64,000 bases of DNA from the human T2T-CHM13v2.0 reference genome, Homo sapiens, in NCBI RefSeq assembly GCF_009914755.1, contig NC_060932.1. One strand, given 5' to 3'. Shown in pieces: positions 15,101-28,046 of the stretch. Each line of letters starts with the position of its first letter. The stretch's first letter is position 1. Made by a program: the position numbers and the translations under genes. A model generated the notes under the pieces. The model did no database searches, was not told where the DNA came from, and saw only the letters and a list, made by a program, of their open reading frames with translations.

Positions 15101-15105
15101 TTTCC

Positions 15106-15288
<183 letters not shown>

Positions 15289-15554
15289 ATACTCACGTTT
15301 AATTGCGTGTAGATTAAGGGGTTGTTTATGCAGAAATTTCTAGGGAAGGGGTAGTTTCTTCTGAGTCATTGGATCATTGTCATGGAAAGGGTAAGTATCT
15401 TCTAGGGTTTGCCATGGCAGTGATAAATTGGCATAGACACTGGTGGGTGTGTCTCATCGAAAGCTGCTTCTACTCCGACCCTGTTTTGGCTAGTCCTCAA
15501 TTTGGTACCGTGTCTGAGCCCCACCTCCAGAGTTGAGTGCTGCCTCCTACCTCA
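15289..15554 (-). mobile_element. Partial ERV1 solo LTR (MER66/MER61-like; subfamily uncertain)
   Basis: Reverse strand starts TGAGGTAGGAGGCAGCACTCAACTCTGGAGGTGGGGCTCAGACAC...AAATTGAGGACTAGC; its 3' half is missing at the Alu junction. Confidence 0.65.
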
Positions 15555-17591
15555 ATTCTATAGTACACATCGCAAAAACTTATTTGGCTGTGGCATGCTG
15601 TTTTCTAGTGGGAGAATAACTAGAGCTACTGTTTGAGTACCTGAGAAATGCACAGCACTCCAAAAAGTAACAGTAGATGGGATAAAACTTAGCGGTTCAT
15701 GTTAAATTGCTGAAGAAGTCTTCCCTGATGATTCAGAAGTCACTTCAAAGTCTGACTGAATCCTCTGAGTATTTTGGGGTCAGTTTTATTGAAGTAAAAT
15801 TTGCATTCATTAAAGTCACCATTTTTAGGCACACAGTTATATGAATTTTGACAAATATACACAATCATGTACCCATTATGACAACTGAGATATAAAAGTT
15901 TCAATCATACTAAAAATTATTTTCTCACTTTTTTGATATAAGTCATCTCTTTCCACCAGCAGTCCCAGACAACCATTGATCTGAGCTCTGTCCCTATAAT
16001 TTGGCATGATTCAACATGTCGTATAAATAAGATTATACAGCATGTGGCCCCATGAGTCTGGCTTCTATGACTTGGCTGACTGTCTTTGAGATTTGTCCAC
16101 GTTACTGCATGTCAATTGTTGGTTCTTTGTCATCCCTGAACTGCTGGATGTCCCACATATGTTTAACCTCTCACTGCATCATGGCCATTCGGTAGTATTC
16201 AGTTTTTGGCAATTTCAACTACGGCTGCTATAAACACTCAATGCAGGTCCTTTTGTGAACACAATTATTCATTTTTCTGAGGTATATACCTAAGACTGTG
16301 ATTGCTAAGTCGTGCAGCAGATGTATTTTTAACTTTGTACGAAACTACCGAATTATTTTTCAAAATGACTGTACCATTTTGCACTCCTCCCAACAAAGTA
16401 TGAGAGGTCTTACTGTACCACATCTTTCCAACACTCTGTATTTTTGCATTTTAATTGGAGTGTAGTAGTAGATTATTTTGGTTGTAATTTGCATTTCCCT
16501 AATGATGTTGAGCACCTTTTCATGTACTTCCTCTTTCTCTTCCTTAATGAATATCTATGTAAATGTGTTTGCCTATTTTTTAATAGGACGTTTTCTTATT
16601 GTTGAGTTGTGAAAGTGCTTTGTGCAATTGTCATATAGACCTTTTATCAGCTATATGTTTTGCAAATACTTGCTCCAGTGTGCTGCTTATCTTCATTTTG
16701 TTAACAGTCTTTCAAAGAGTTAAAGGTTTAGTTTTGATAAAGTTAATTCCATCCTTTTTTCTTGTATGTTTCATGCATGTTATATCCTATCTGAAAGTTT
16801 GCCTAATCAGAAGTCACACAACCATTCTCTTTCGATTTCTTCAAGTTTTATAGATTATTATTGAGCTCCGTGGTCTATTTCATGTTAGTTTGGTCATATG
16901 GTCTGAGCTGTGGGCTAAGGATTGTTCACAGATAGCTGTCCAATCCTTGCACTTGCATTGGTTTTGAAGACTTTCTGTTCTTCATTGAATATTTTGGCAC
17001 CTGTATCAAAAATCATTTAACCATATATTTGTGGGTCAATCCCTGTTTGGATTCTGTTCTGTTCCATTAATTGATACAAATATGCTTTCTCCAATACCAC
17101 ACTATTTTGATTATTGTCATGTGGCAATGCTTGAAGTCGAATAGTGTATGTCCTCCAATTTTATTCTTTTCAAAATTGTCTTGGCTAAACTAGATCCTTA
17201 TCTTTTCAGTACACATTTTAGAATTAACTTCCTAATGTCTACTAAGAATTTAGAGTAGTTTTGATCAAGAGTGCACTGAATATATAGATAAGTCTGGGTA
17301 GAAGAGCTATCCTTACATAATTAAGTCTTCTGATTCCTAAATATGGTATATATGTCAATTTATTTAGATTTTTTATTTATCTCATTAAGTTTTCATAATT
17401 TTCAGCATGAAAATCTTGCAAATATTTTATTATATTTATCCGTAAGTATTTCATATATTTGATGCATATGATCATGGTCCTTTGTCATTTAAATTTCATT
17501 TATAATTCAGTGTTAGTATGAAGAAATACAATGAATTATGTATATATTAACCTTGTATCCTGTGTTCTTACTGTGCTCACATGTTAGTGAT

Positions 17592-17934
<343 letters not shown>

Positions 17935-18152
17935 GTTTTTACACAGGCAATCATGTCAGCTGCAAATAAAAACAGGCTTATATATGTATATATAGAAATA
18001 TATATACATATATAGTCCTGTTTTACCATGTATATATATATCTTCCTTTCTAACCTTTACATGTTTGTTTCTTTCTCTATCTCATTTCATTGGTTAGGGC
18101 CATATCTTTTCCATGACCCTAGGACATAGGCATTCAGCTTTTTCTTCACATA

Positions 18153-18153
18153 A

Positions 18154-18207
<54 letters not shown>

Positions 18208-18378
18208 ACACACACGTGTATATATATATATGTATATATATACATGTGTATATATACACATGTATATATGTATATACATATACACAAGTGTATATGTATA
18301 TATATATATACATGTGTATATATATATATATATATATACACACATAGACAGCAAGATTATATATGTGTGTGTGTGTGT
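18153..18378. repeat. Compound (TA)n/(CA)n/(TG)n microsatellite
   Basis: Near-continuous alternating purine-pyrimidine tract, read directly. Confidence 0.95.
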
Positions 18379-19152
18379 AATTATTTGATCATTTCTCTAG
18401 AGACCTTTTTAGGGTTGAGGAAGTTTTGAGTTTTATGAGAGTTTTTCATCAAGAACATGTGCTATATTTGGTCTAAAGCTTTTTCTGCATCTATTCAGAC
18501 GGTCATGTGTGTTTTGTTCAGTGTGCTGATATGGTGAATTACACTGGCTGATGTTAACATTTTGAGCTACCCTGCTGCAACAGGACTTTTCTTCTTGTCT
18601 CTTCCCCAGAGTCTTAAATGTATTGTTCCTTAAATAGAAGGTCTGGGGACATGCACAGCCTTGCATTCCTACTCCCTATCACAGCTGCTGTTACCAGGGA
18701 AGAGAGTCTGCGGGTGATGTAGTAGATTAATAGATTGAGGTATTTTCCTCTCAGTTATGGTGGATGTCACATTCTTTGCAGCATTCATAAGGAAAAGAGA
18801 CTTTATTTCTAAGCGTTTGAAGTGGTAAAACTCAGAAACACCTTTTAATTGATTTTCTCTTTAGGAAAAGTGCTTTAAAACCTGCAGTATTTTATCTGCA
18901 AATATTATGTTTGCTAAGGATCTTGGCTGAACTAGATCCTTATCTTCTCAATATACATTTTAGAATTAGCTTCCTAATGTCTACTAAGAATTTAGTGTAG
19001 TTTTGATCAAGATGGCACTGAGTATATAGATAAATCCAGGTAGAAGAGATAGTTTACTAATGACGTCTTATGATGACTGCTTTTCTGGCTTCAATAAAGC
19101 TTTTTATTTAATTGCCTTGCCCACTGTCCAGACCTGTTTACTTTTTAAATGG

Positions 19153-19506
19153 TGATATGGCTTGGTTGTGCCCCCACCCACATCTCATCTTGAATTGTAT
19201 AATCCCCATGTGTCAAGGGCCAAGGCCAGGTGGAGATAATTGAATCATGGGGGGCAGTTTTCTCCATACTGTTCTCCTGGAAGTAAATGGGTCTCAAGAG
19301 ATCTGATGGTTTTATAAATGGGAGTTCCCCTGCACAGACTCTCTTGCCTGCTGCCATGTAAAACATGACCTTGCTCCTCTTGTGTCTTCCACCACGTTTG
19401 TGAGGCCTCCCCAGCCATGTGGAACTGTGAGTCGATTAAACCTCTTTTCTGTATAGATTGCCCAGTCTCAGGTATGTCTTTATTAGCAGCATGAGAACAG
19501 ACTAAT
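19153..19506 (+). mobile_element. THE1-family (MaLR) solo LTR
   Basis: TGATATGGCTTGGTTGTGCCCCCACCCACATCTCATCTTGAATTGTA...CCCAGTCTCAGGTATGTCTTTATTAGCAGCATGAGAACAGACTAAT. Confidence 0.92.
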
Positions 19507-19734
19507 GGAAAAGCTCTCTTTATTAATATTATTAAATACTCTTGAAACTCTAGTCTATACAGTCTGTGTTGACATAATTTGGACAGGGATGCTTCTCTGT
19601 AGATCTTGTGTGTTTAATATTTGTTTAATATTCTATTTCACACTGTAATGAACTTTCTGTTCCCTTGACGAATGCCTGTTTTGGCTAAGATTAGAATTGC
19701 ATGCAGATAATTGAAGTTTCTTTTTGCTTGTCTC

Positions 19735-21900
19735 TCTTAACAGCTTTATTGAGCTATGACTGACATATAAAATTATATATATTTATGGCATACAGCTAGA
19801 TATTTTGATATATGTTTGTCAAAAGACAAAACCATAACAAATTTAGCTTAAAGACCTATAGGTTTTATTTGTAGGTCTAGATCACAAATAAATGAATATA
19901 GCATAAGGTGGGCAATACCTTAATCTGCAAAATACAATTAGTATTTTGATGACTTAAGCAAAGAAACCTGGCTTTTTAGGCCGAAGGAAGCAGAAATAAG
20001 GGATAAAAAGATTAGTGGTTTCAAAGTTATTTTGCTATGGGAATAAAACAGAACTTTCTTATGCAGGCACAGGTAAATGGAGGTCCCTCCTAAGTAGTCG
20101 CTGTAAATCTCACTTGTTTGTTTGTTGGTTGGTTTTGAAAACTGGCCTGGTTCAAAGTTCAGACAAGTTTACTTGTCTGATACTTAATGCAAGTGACTCT
20201 ACTGTGCTCTGTCTGATCTGTTGGGGCCTCATGAAGGAGTTCAGTCCCAAATAATGGCCTCCCATAATTTTTGTTTAACAGTGTATACTGTGAAATCATC
20301 ATCTCATTCCAGATAATTAAAACTACCTATCACCTTTAATTATCATTTGTATGTGTGCAGGCGTGTGTGTGTATATGTGTAGTGAGAAGATTGAAGATTT
20401 TGCTCTGAGAAAATTGCAAGTGCATGATAGAGTAATGTTAACTGTTGTTCCTATGCTGTACATTAGATCTCTAAAACTTATTCTTCCTGCATAACTGAAA
20501 CTGTATACTCTGATCAACCTCTGCCCCCAGGCTCTGGTAATTCCCACTGTACTCTCTACTCCCATGAGTTTGACTATTTTAGATTCCACATGTATGTGAG
20601 ATCATACAGCATTTGTTTTTCTGTGTCTGGCTGGTTTCACTTAGTGTAATGTCTTTTAGATTTATTCATGTTGTCATAAATGAGAGAATATTCTGTTTTA
20701 TATGATTGAATGATATTCTGCTGTGTATATTTACTGCATTTTATCCTTTCACCTGCTGAGGGGTTGTTTGCTGTGCATAAACATGTTAGTTTGATGTAAT
20801 CCCATGTATCTATTTTGTTTCCATGTCTTAGCTATTGTCAATTACCCTGGAACGAACATGGGAGCATGGATGTCTTTTTGACATGCTGACTTCATTTCCT
20901 TTGGATGTGTACCCAGAAGTGGGATGGTAGATCATGTGGTAGTTCTATTTTTAGTTTTGGGAAGACCTTCCATACCCTTTTCCGCAGTTTCTGCACCAAT
21001 GAACATCCCTACCAATATTTTACAAGGGTTCTCTTTTCTCCACATCCTCACCAACACTTGCCATCTTCTGAATGTTTTACAAGACCCTTTCTATCAGGTC
21101 TGAGTAGGTATCTCAGTGTGGTTTTAATTTGTATTTTCCTGGTGGTTAGAGATGTTGAGTAACGTATGATATACCTGTTGGTTGTTTGAAAACTTCTTTT
21201 ATGAAGTTTCTATTTAGGCTTTTTGCCCATCTTTTAATCATATTTGTTTGTTTTCATATTGAGATGTATAAATTCCTTATGTATTTTGTATATTCTCTTA
21301 TCAAGTACATGAAATACAAATATTTTCTCCCATTATATAGGATGTCTTTGCGATTGTTTCCTTTGCTACACAGAAGTATATCAGTTTGATGTAGTCCTAC
21401 TTGCCTATTTTTGCTTTTCTTTTTTCTGCTTTTGGTATCACATTCCCCCCAAAAAATACTGCCAAGATCTATGTCAAGAAGGTTTTTCCCTGTCTTCTTC
21501 TAGGAGTTTTAAGCACTATAGTATTACATTTAAATCTCTAGTTAATTTTGAGTTGATTTTTGTCTTTGGTGTGAGATAAGGGTTTATTTCATTCTTCTGC
21601 ATGTGGACGTCAAGTCATCTCTACACCATTATTCAAGGAGATGATCCTGCCCCCATTGTGTGTTCTTGGCAACTTCGTCAAAGAACAGTTGTCTGTTAAT
21701 ATGTGGTTTTATTTCTGGACTCTCTAATCTGTTCCAGTGTTCTGTATGTCTGTTTTTGTGCCAGTACCATGCTGTTTGGATTACTACAGCTTTGCAATAA
21801 TCTGAAGTCCAGCTGGGGAACTTGATACCTCTAGCTTTGTTGTTCTTGCTCAAGATTGCTTAGGCTCATTGCAGTCATTTGTGGTTCTATGTAAGTTTTA
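19735..21900 (-). mobile_element. LINE-1 (L1MA8-10-like) 3'UTR + ORF2 end
   Basis: CAGCTTTATTGAG tail, GATTCCACATGTATGTGAGATCATAC; ORF 21629-21853 (YCKAVVIQTAWYWHKNRHTEHWNRLESPEI) is L1 ORF2. Confidence 0.88.
19817..20280 (-). mobile_element. MER31-like ERV1 solo LTR inside L1
   Basis: Reverse strand TGTTAAACAAAAATTATGGGAGGCCATTATTTGGGACTGAACTCC ... TTTTGACA, with TG..CA termini. Confidence 0.7.
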
Positions 21901-21963
21901 GGCTGCTAGGGTCCAGCAGTTGTGGTGTCCTCAGTGACCATAAGGACAATTGAGGTCCTTGGA

Positions 21964-21995
<32 letters not shown>

Positions 21996-22478
21996 CACGC
22001 CAGGGTTCTCTGAAGAGCAGGTCACTGGAGACCAGGGAGGCTTCCTCCTGGTTAATCCTGGCAGCTTCACCCTTCTTTGTTCCTAGCAAGCTCCAGACAT
22101 CTTGGCTGTGCCCATCTTCCATGCAATCTCGACAGGAAGAAACTAAAGCAGTTCTTTAGGGACAGCCCGACAGCCAGGGAAATGGTGGCCCCTCTGCTCT
22201 CCTGTGCGCCAGGAGGGGAGCTCGCAGGACCAGTGCAGTCCGTGGTACTGAGCTGGGTGGCGTGGAGCATGGGTTGAAGCAGGCAACACGAAGCTGTCAT
22301 TCCCAGCCTCTGTGTGTCATTCTTAGATAATTTTGCCCCAGTACACTGCTGCATCTTCTCAACTGGACTTCCGAGCTCCTGGCAGAGCTGTTTTTCTTCG
22401 TGGATAGCTGTCTAACTATAATTTTTTTATCTGGGAGGAAGGCTGGGATCTCCTGCTCCACCACCTTGTTGATATGTC
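21901..22478 (-). mobile_element. L1M-type 5'UTR fragment
   Basis: GC-rich block ending GTGGATAGCTGTCTAA...TCTCCTGCTCCACCACCTTGTTGATATGTC, like antisense old-L1 5' ends. Confidence 0.6.
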
Positions 22479-24700
22479 TGTTGGCTTCTTAAACAACATT
22501 TAATTCCTTTTTCCTCTTTTTGATGATCATTTTCTAAGTTAACATCTTTTCAGTTAAAAATTATCCTTTTTTTACTGAGTGAGAAAAAAGTAATATTTAA
22601 GCCTGTTAACATTTGTCTTTACCCGATACCTGCTGATATAATTGAGGACTTATTTTTTGAGACTATTTAAAAAATTTAAAATGTTATTTCTTCTTTGTGC
22701 TACACATTTTTTCATTACTAACTTTACTTTTAAATTGCTTCATTTAAGTTTTTCTCGTAAGTTGCATTTTTTATTGGTTGTTAGAAATGGGGGTTCTAGT
22801 CTTATTATCCTGTAGACATTGGTGCTGCTGTAATAGTTCTATAATTTAATATATCAGCTTAAGATGGTTGTGGATCACAGCTTCTTCAGTATAATCAATT
22901 AGTACCACTCCATTTCTATGTATCTAGGCAAAATATTTCTGAGGAGAGCAACATTTCCCTAACTAGATTCCTAAAATAAATTATATTTTTAATGCACATT
23001 GCTATGCAATGTACCTACCATGACTGCTTTAGCAATACTAGATAAATTATCTATCTGAAGAACTTGAGTATTACTTTTATCTGAGATTTGTGTAGAAGAA
23101 TGGCTGAAGAAGAAAATATAAGCATTCAAGAAACCAGGGTTTAAAACAGAAAATGTTTCAGAATTGTAAAATCTCTCTCTTGAAATCAAAACAATTTTTA
23201 ACATAGATATTTCTTTTTCTCTTCTTTTGCGTGAGTTAAGTGCTAATAAGAGAATAACAATGAAGTAGGAGAGCTGATGACAGAGGCAGATATTTCAGCA
23301 GTACATGCAATCAGAAACTTCGCTTAATAAGGCAACCACAAATCTATGTAATACAAAACTGCAGAAAGACCTTGAGACCACTCCAATGGCACCACCCAAC
23401 ATTGCTAAAAGTATGTTCAATTTTTCCACATTTTGTCACCTAAATTTCTACCAATGAATACTCTATGTGTATGTACACACACACTCATGAGAGAGGCATT
23501 TTGTGCTAATATATGAAAATGCACACATGCAGAGATACTTTGTGCTAATATATAGAAATATATACATAAATACACACCATAAATACTCTTTTTGTGCTTT
23601 TTTAATAAATTATTTATACCTTATTGAAAATAACCCTACCAGAAAGCAGTGAAGCAAGTCCTACAGGCAATGTGGTAACATGACATCCGAGGCATTTTCA
23701 TTGAAAGGTGACAATGTCCCATGCTGCTTCAGTAAATAGTGCTGCCCTAAAGGATCTGAACTGTGAGATGCTATATAGACTCAACACTGAATCTAAATCC
23801 ATAACACATTTCCACAGGTTAGTGGACACATTGCACTTGCGTAGATCCATTGTACATAGGAGAAATGCCATTTCTAGCTATAGATTTAGTTATATCAATG
23901 CAGATCATTAATATATTTTAATTATGCTATTTTCAAATTAAAAGCATATTTTGTAATTTTACACATGCTCCCACCTATAACATAAGCTGACGTTAACTTA
24001 ACCATTTTTGTTAATTTGGAGTAATTTAAGGAATAATTATTTCTAGAGGAAAAGTATTTCTAAACCACTTATTTTATTATCACAACAATTTCCTTTTTTC
24101 CCCACTCAACCTGTCTACATACAAACACATATATATTCACTCATGGGTATCAGAAGGCTTATACACCTCCTTCCCTGACTCGGCAGTTCTTTGCAGGGTC
24201 GGTGTTCAGCGCCCTGGAGGTGGAACTGGAGTGGGCTGATGTGGTATCACTAGTTTGAAGGAAGGGGCGCTCCAAGGAGCGTGGACGCAGTAGAGCAGGG
24301 AGCTGAACTTTACGCTGGTGCAAGAGCATGCTGATATCATTAGGCTCGGGGCTTTAGTCTGTCATTGGAACAGTTAAGAAACCAAAGAAATCATATGAAG
24401 CCATGAGAACACACTCGGTACATGGGCTACAAAGGATGTTAAGCGTCGGTGGCTCAGCATTACTAGGTGCTGTCTCCACAAGGAAGTGGGCAGGACTGGA
24501 TAAAAAGTATAAAGCGGCAAGATAGCTATCTCTTTGAATGTGAAAATAAATAAGAAAATAGATACAAATTCTAATTTCTAATACATAGAGTTAATATTTA
24601 TGTGTGGATTTTTTTTTTTTTTTTTTTTTTGGTCAGTATTCCCATGGAGTTCTCCTGACAATTGATAATACTATGTATCACCTTAAAGAGTTGACTCCTT

Positions 24701-24815
24701 GGCTGAGCCTAGTGGCTGATGCCTGGAATCCCAGTGCTTTGGGAGGCTGAGGTGGGAGAATCACTTGAACCCAGTAGTCTGAGACCACCCTGGGCAACAT
24801 GGCCAGACCATATAT
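24701..24815 (+). mobile_element. Alu left monomer/FLAM, no tail
   Basis: GGCTGAGCCTAGTGGCTGATGCCTGGAATCCCAGTGCTTTGGGAGG...CCTGGGCAACATGG. Confidence 0.85.
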
Positions 24816-25962
24816 CTGTCCTTGTTTAATTCCTTCGTGTCCTTACTTCCTTGTATTTATGCTCCTGTATAATCCCCTCTCCTAGATTGTGGGTTAGAGC
24901 TGTGCTTCTTTAGAACAAATAAAATACATCAAAGGTGATGGGTTGTTACTTCCATATTTGCTTTGCATAAGACTTTAAGTTCCATCTTGCTAGAGAACTA
25001 TTCCTTGATGGCTTTGATATGTACACAGACACACATATATACATAATATATGTAATATAATATATATATTTTTGCATTATATATTACATAAAATAATTAT
25101 AATTGCATATATATTTATAATTATATATAAATAATATATAATTTCTTATAAAAATACACATAATTTTACAAGAAAAAAAGTTGATTCCATGACAGATACA
25201 CACACACATAATGCATACATATATATGATCTTTTTTTTACCATGTGACTTTTATTATCTTATTTTTAGCTATACTAAGAAGATGCTAGAAAAGTAGATGT
25301 AAAATATGTATAAGCCACTAACAAAAGAGACTTTCAATACATTTTGTTTTTCTAGGTCATAATAGAGATCAGTATGGGATGTGAGAGTGTGCTGAGGAGA
25401 ACTACAGGCTTATATTTCTTTAGAAAGAGATAAGTGAGAATTGCCAAAATACATGTAAAACACATGAAAGAAAAAATGATTACTAAAGTAAATGACTTAA
25501 CATGGAAAGAAATACTTGAAAAAGAAAACAATTGCATAAATATTGAGAATACAAAGATTATTCAGGTGAGCAAAGTGGAAAGGTAATGAAAAAGAGTTTC
25601 CAAAATGCTCTCAGATGATACATTTATATAAATGATATATGTATATGTGAGAAAAACAGCACCACTCTCTCCCATTTTTCTCAGCGCATTTCTGTGACAT
25701 TTTTCCTTCTTCTACTTTAAATTGCTAGACTTGCACTGAAAAAGCCCATTGTGCGTTTAACCATTTAGCTCTTTCTTGCATGGTGGAGTTTGTATATGTG
25801 TGATGAGTATTGTGTATATATGGTTGCGTATTATATACGCATAGATGAACAACGGTCAAATAATTGTTTGATAATAAAAAGTCAAAGCTAAAACTATTAG
25901 TAGCAATTGTTTCTGTAATTATTCAATAAGCACTTTGGAATTGAAGGGATAAAAATATAATC

Positions 25963-26088
25963 TTTTTTTATTATTATAAGTTTTAGGGTACACGTGCCCA
26001 ACGTGCAGGTTTGTTACATATGTATACATGTTGTGGGGTTGGGGGAGGGGGGAGGGATAGCATTGGGAGATATACCTAATACTAAATG
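25963..26088 (-). mobile_element. Tiny L1PA2/3-like insertion with 5' inversion
   Basis: Antisense L1PA terminus, then sense G-rich tract + GCATTGGGAGATATACCTAAT; TSD AAAAATATAATC at 25951 and 26089. Confidence 0.9.
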
Positions 26089-26353
26089 AAAAATATAATC
26101 ATTTCTTATCTTTATAATACATACCTGTTACAGTTTTAAGTGAATACCATTGATAGAAATGTAAAACTATACGATTATTCAGTGTACAACTTAAATGTAT
26201 ATTTTACAATGATTTTTTTAATGTGGAATTGTTTTTATTACCACTCTTTTATTAGCTAAACTTTACATTTAATCTGAAACTCACTGTATCCTAGTATATC
26301 ATCTTGATTCTTGGTTCTTGGAGGTCATTTTTACATTACTCATCTTTTCTTTT

Positions 26354-26790
26354 TGTGGAAAACAGGCTGCACAATGATCCCCACTGTCCTTACTTGTATT
26401 TATGCTCCTGATAATCCCCTCTCGTAGATGATGGGTTAGAGCTGTGCTTCTTTAGAACAAAGAGAATACGTCAAAGGTGATGGGTTGTTACTTCCATAAT
26501 TGCATTGCTTGAGACTTTAAGTTCCATCTTGCTAGAGGACTATCCCTTGATGGCTTTGATAAGGCACGTTGCTAGGCGGAGAAAGCCCATCTGATAGGGA
26601 ATTCAGGGTACCCTCCAGCCAACAGCCAGCTAGAAAATGAATCCCTTGATCCAACACTGCAAGAGGAAATGACGTCCTCTAACAACCACTAAGGGAACCT
26701 AGAAGCAGGGACTTCCTCAAATCAACCCACAGATAAAAGACCCCAGCACTGACTGACACCGTAATTGCAGGTTCATGAGATCCTGGAGTG
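26354..26790 (+). mobile_element. MLT1-family (MaLR) LTR, partial
   Basis: TAATCCCCTCTC...AAAGGTGATGGG...CCTCCAGCCAACAGCCAGC...GCTGACACC-like motifs. Confidence 0.7.
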
Positions 26791-27504
26791 TGTGTGTGTG
26801 TGTCTTACCTGCATTGTGTGTGGAGGTATTTTATGTATAAGTGAATTTTGCTATTGCTGGCAGATACTCTCAATAATTAGCACAATGTGAAGTTTCCCTA
26901 GAAATTGATAAGAACTGAAAATAGTTAAAGCTAAATTTATAAGCATAACAATCGGAGATGAGGCTGCCAGATTAAGAGAAATTATAAAGGTTATTTTTTA
27001 AGACAAAAAAGAAATAACTTCTGACTTTATCATTCTGAGAGTAAATTGAGAATGAATCATATTGTATGACATTCTTATAGCTCAGAGCAGCAAGAATCAA
27101 GTCTGATCTTATATCTTCATGAACACAGCCAAACCAAAACATCATTTCTTCCAATGTTTTTACACTTATTTAAAAAATAGGTTTGTGTAAAAACATGTTA
27201 CTTCTGTATCTCTTGGAAAAGCGTAGTCAAATGACTCTAATTGCTAGTTATTATGAAATAGCCAGATGGCAGGAAAAACATTTATCTCAGTCAGAGCCTA
27301 CATACTAGGATCAACCACACAAGTCAATACCGAGAATTGAACCAAGGTCACTTGAACAGTTGAATCAGGGAAATGACAAGTTGAAACTTGTTGCTTAAGA
27401 GAATAGAGTTTCGTACTTTCCACTAGTGTCTCGCCTCTTTCTTCACACCTAACATGCTTGCAATCTGCAATGATATTTCTTCGTATTGCCTAATACAAAG
27501 ATAG

Positions 27505-27720
27505 ATGTTAGAGCAGAGAGCTGAGAACAGAAAGCTCAGTTGTCAATTAACAGCTCTTAGGCTCTCACTTATTGATTTTGTGCATTCACTTAAACCGTTT
27601 TGTGAAGATTCCAATTCCTAGTTTACCACATTGAGAATTCAGTAAATTAATTAACCCAGCTTTCAAAAGTGATAGCAGGAAAGTGTGTTCTTATTACAGG
27701 AACATGCCCAGGTGAGCACA
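27505..27720 (+). mobile_element. MIR fragment
   Basis: Degenerate MIR core (GGCTCTCACTTATTGATTTTGTG...TCACTTAAACC). Confidence 0.45.
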
Positions 27721-28046
27721 CAGAGTAGATCACTATAGAGAGACATTCAGAAGTCTTTAGGTGAAGAAACTGGCATTAGTAACGGGCTGTGGTTCCGTAG
27801 AAACTAATACACTCCACCATCATTCATCCTTCATTAAGAATGTCTTAAGAATGTGTTTGAGATTCAGATCAGATATCTGCTTGACCCTCATAATCTTTCT
27901 AACAACTGTTCCAAGAACTCGGAGGTAAATAATTTTTTTTTTCAGATCAGTTCTCTATAATAGTCTAGCTCTTACTGGCAGATTATTTAAAAATTTATTT
28001 TTTCTAAAACTGTATTCTCAGTGATGTGTTTATTTTCTCACGTAAG

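Noticed and set aside
18087-18429. Five overlapping ORFs rich in Y/I/C/V/H/T
   Set aside because: Translations of a dinucleotide microsatellite
24205-24225. TTCAGCGCCCTGGAGGTGG as a CTCF or REST site
   Set aside because: Too many mismatches at core positions for either motif
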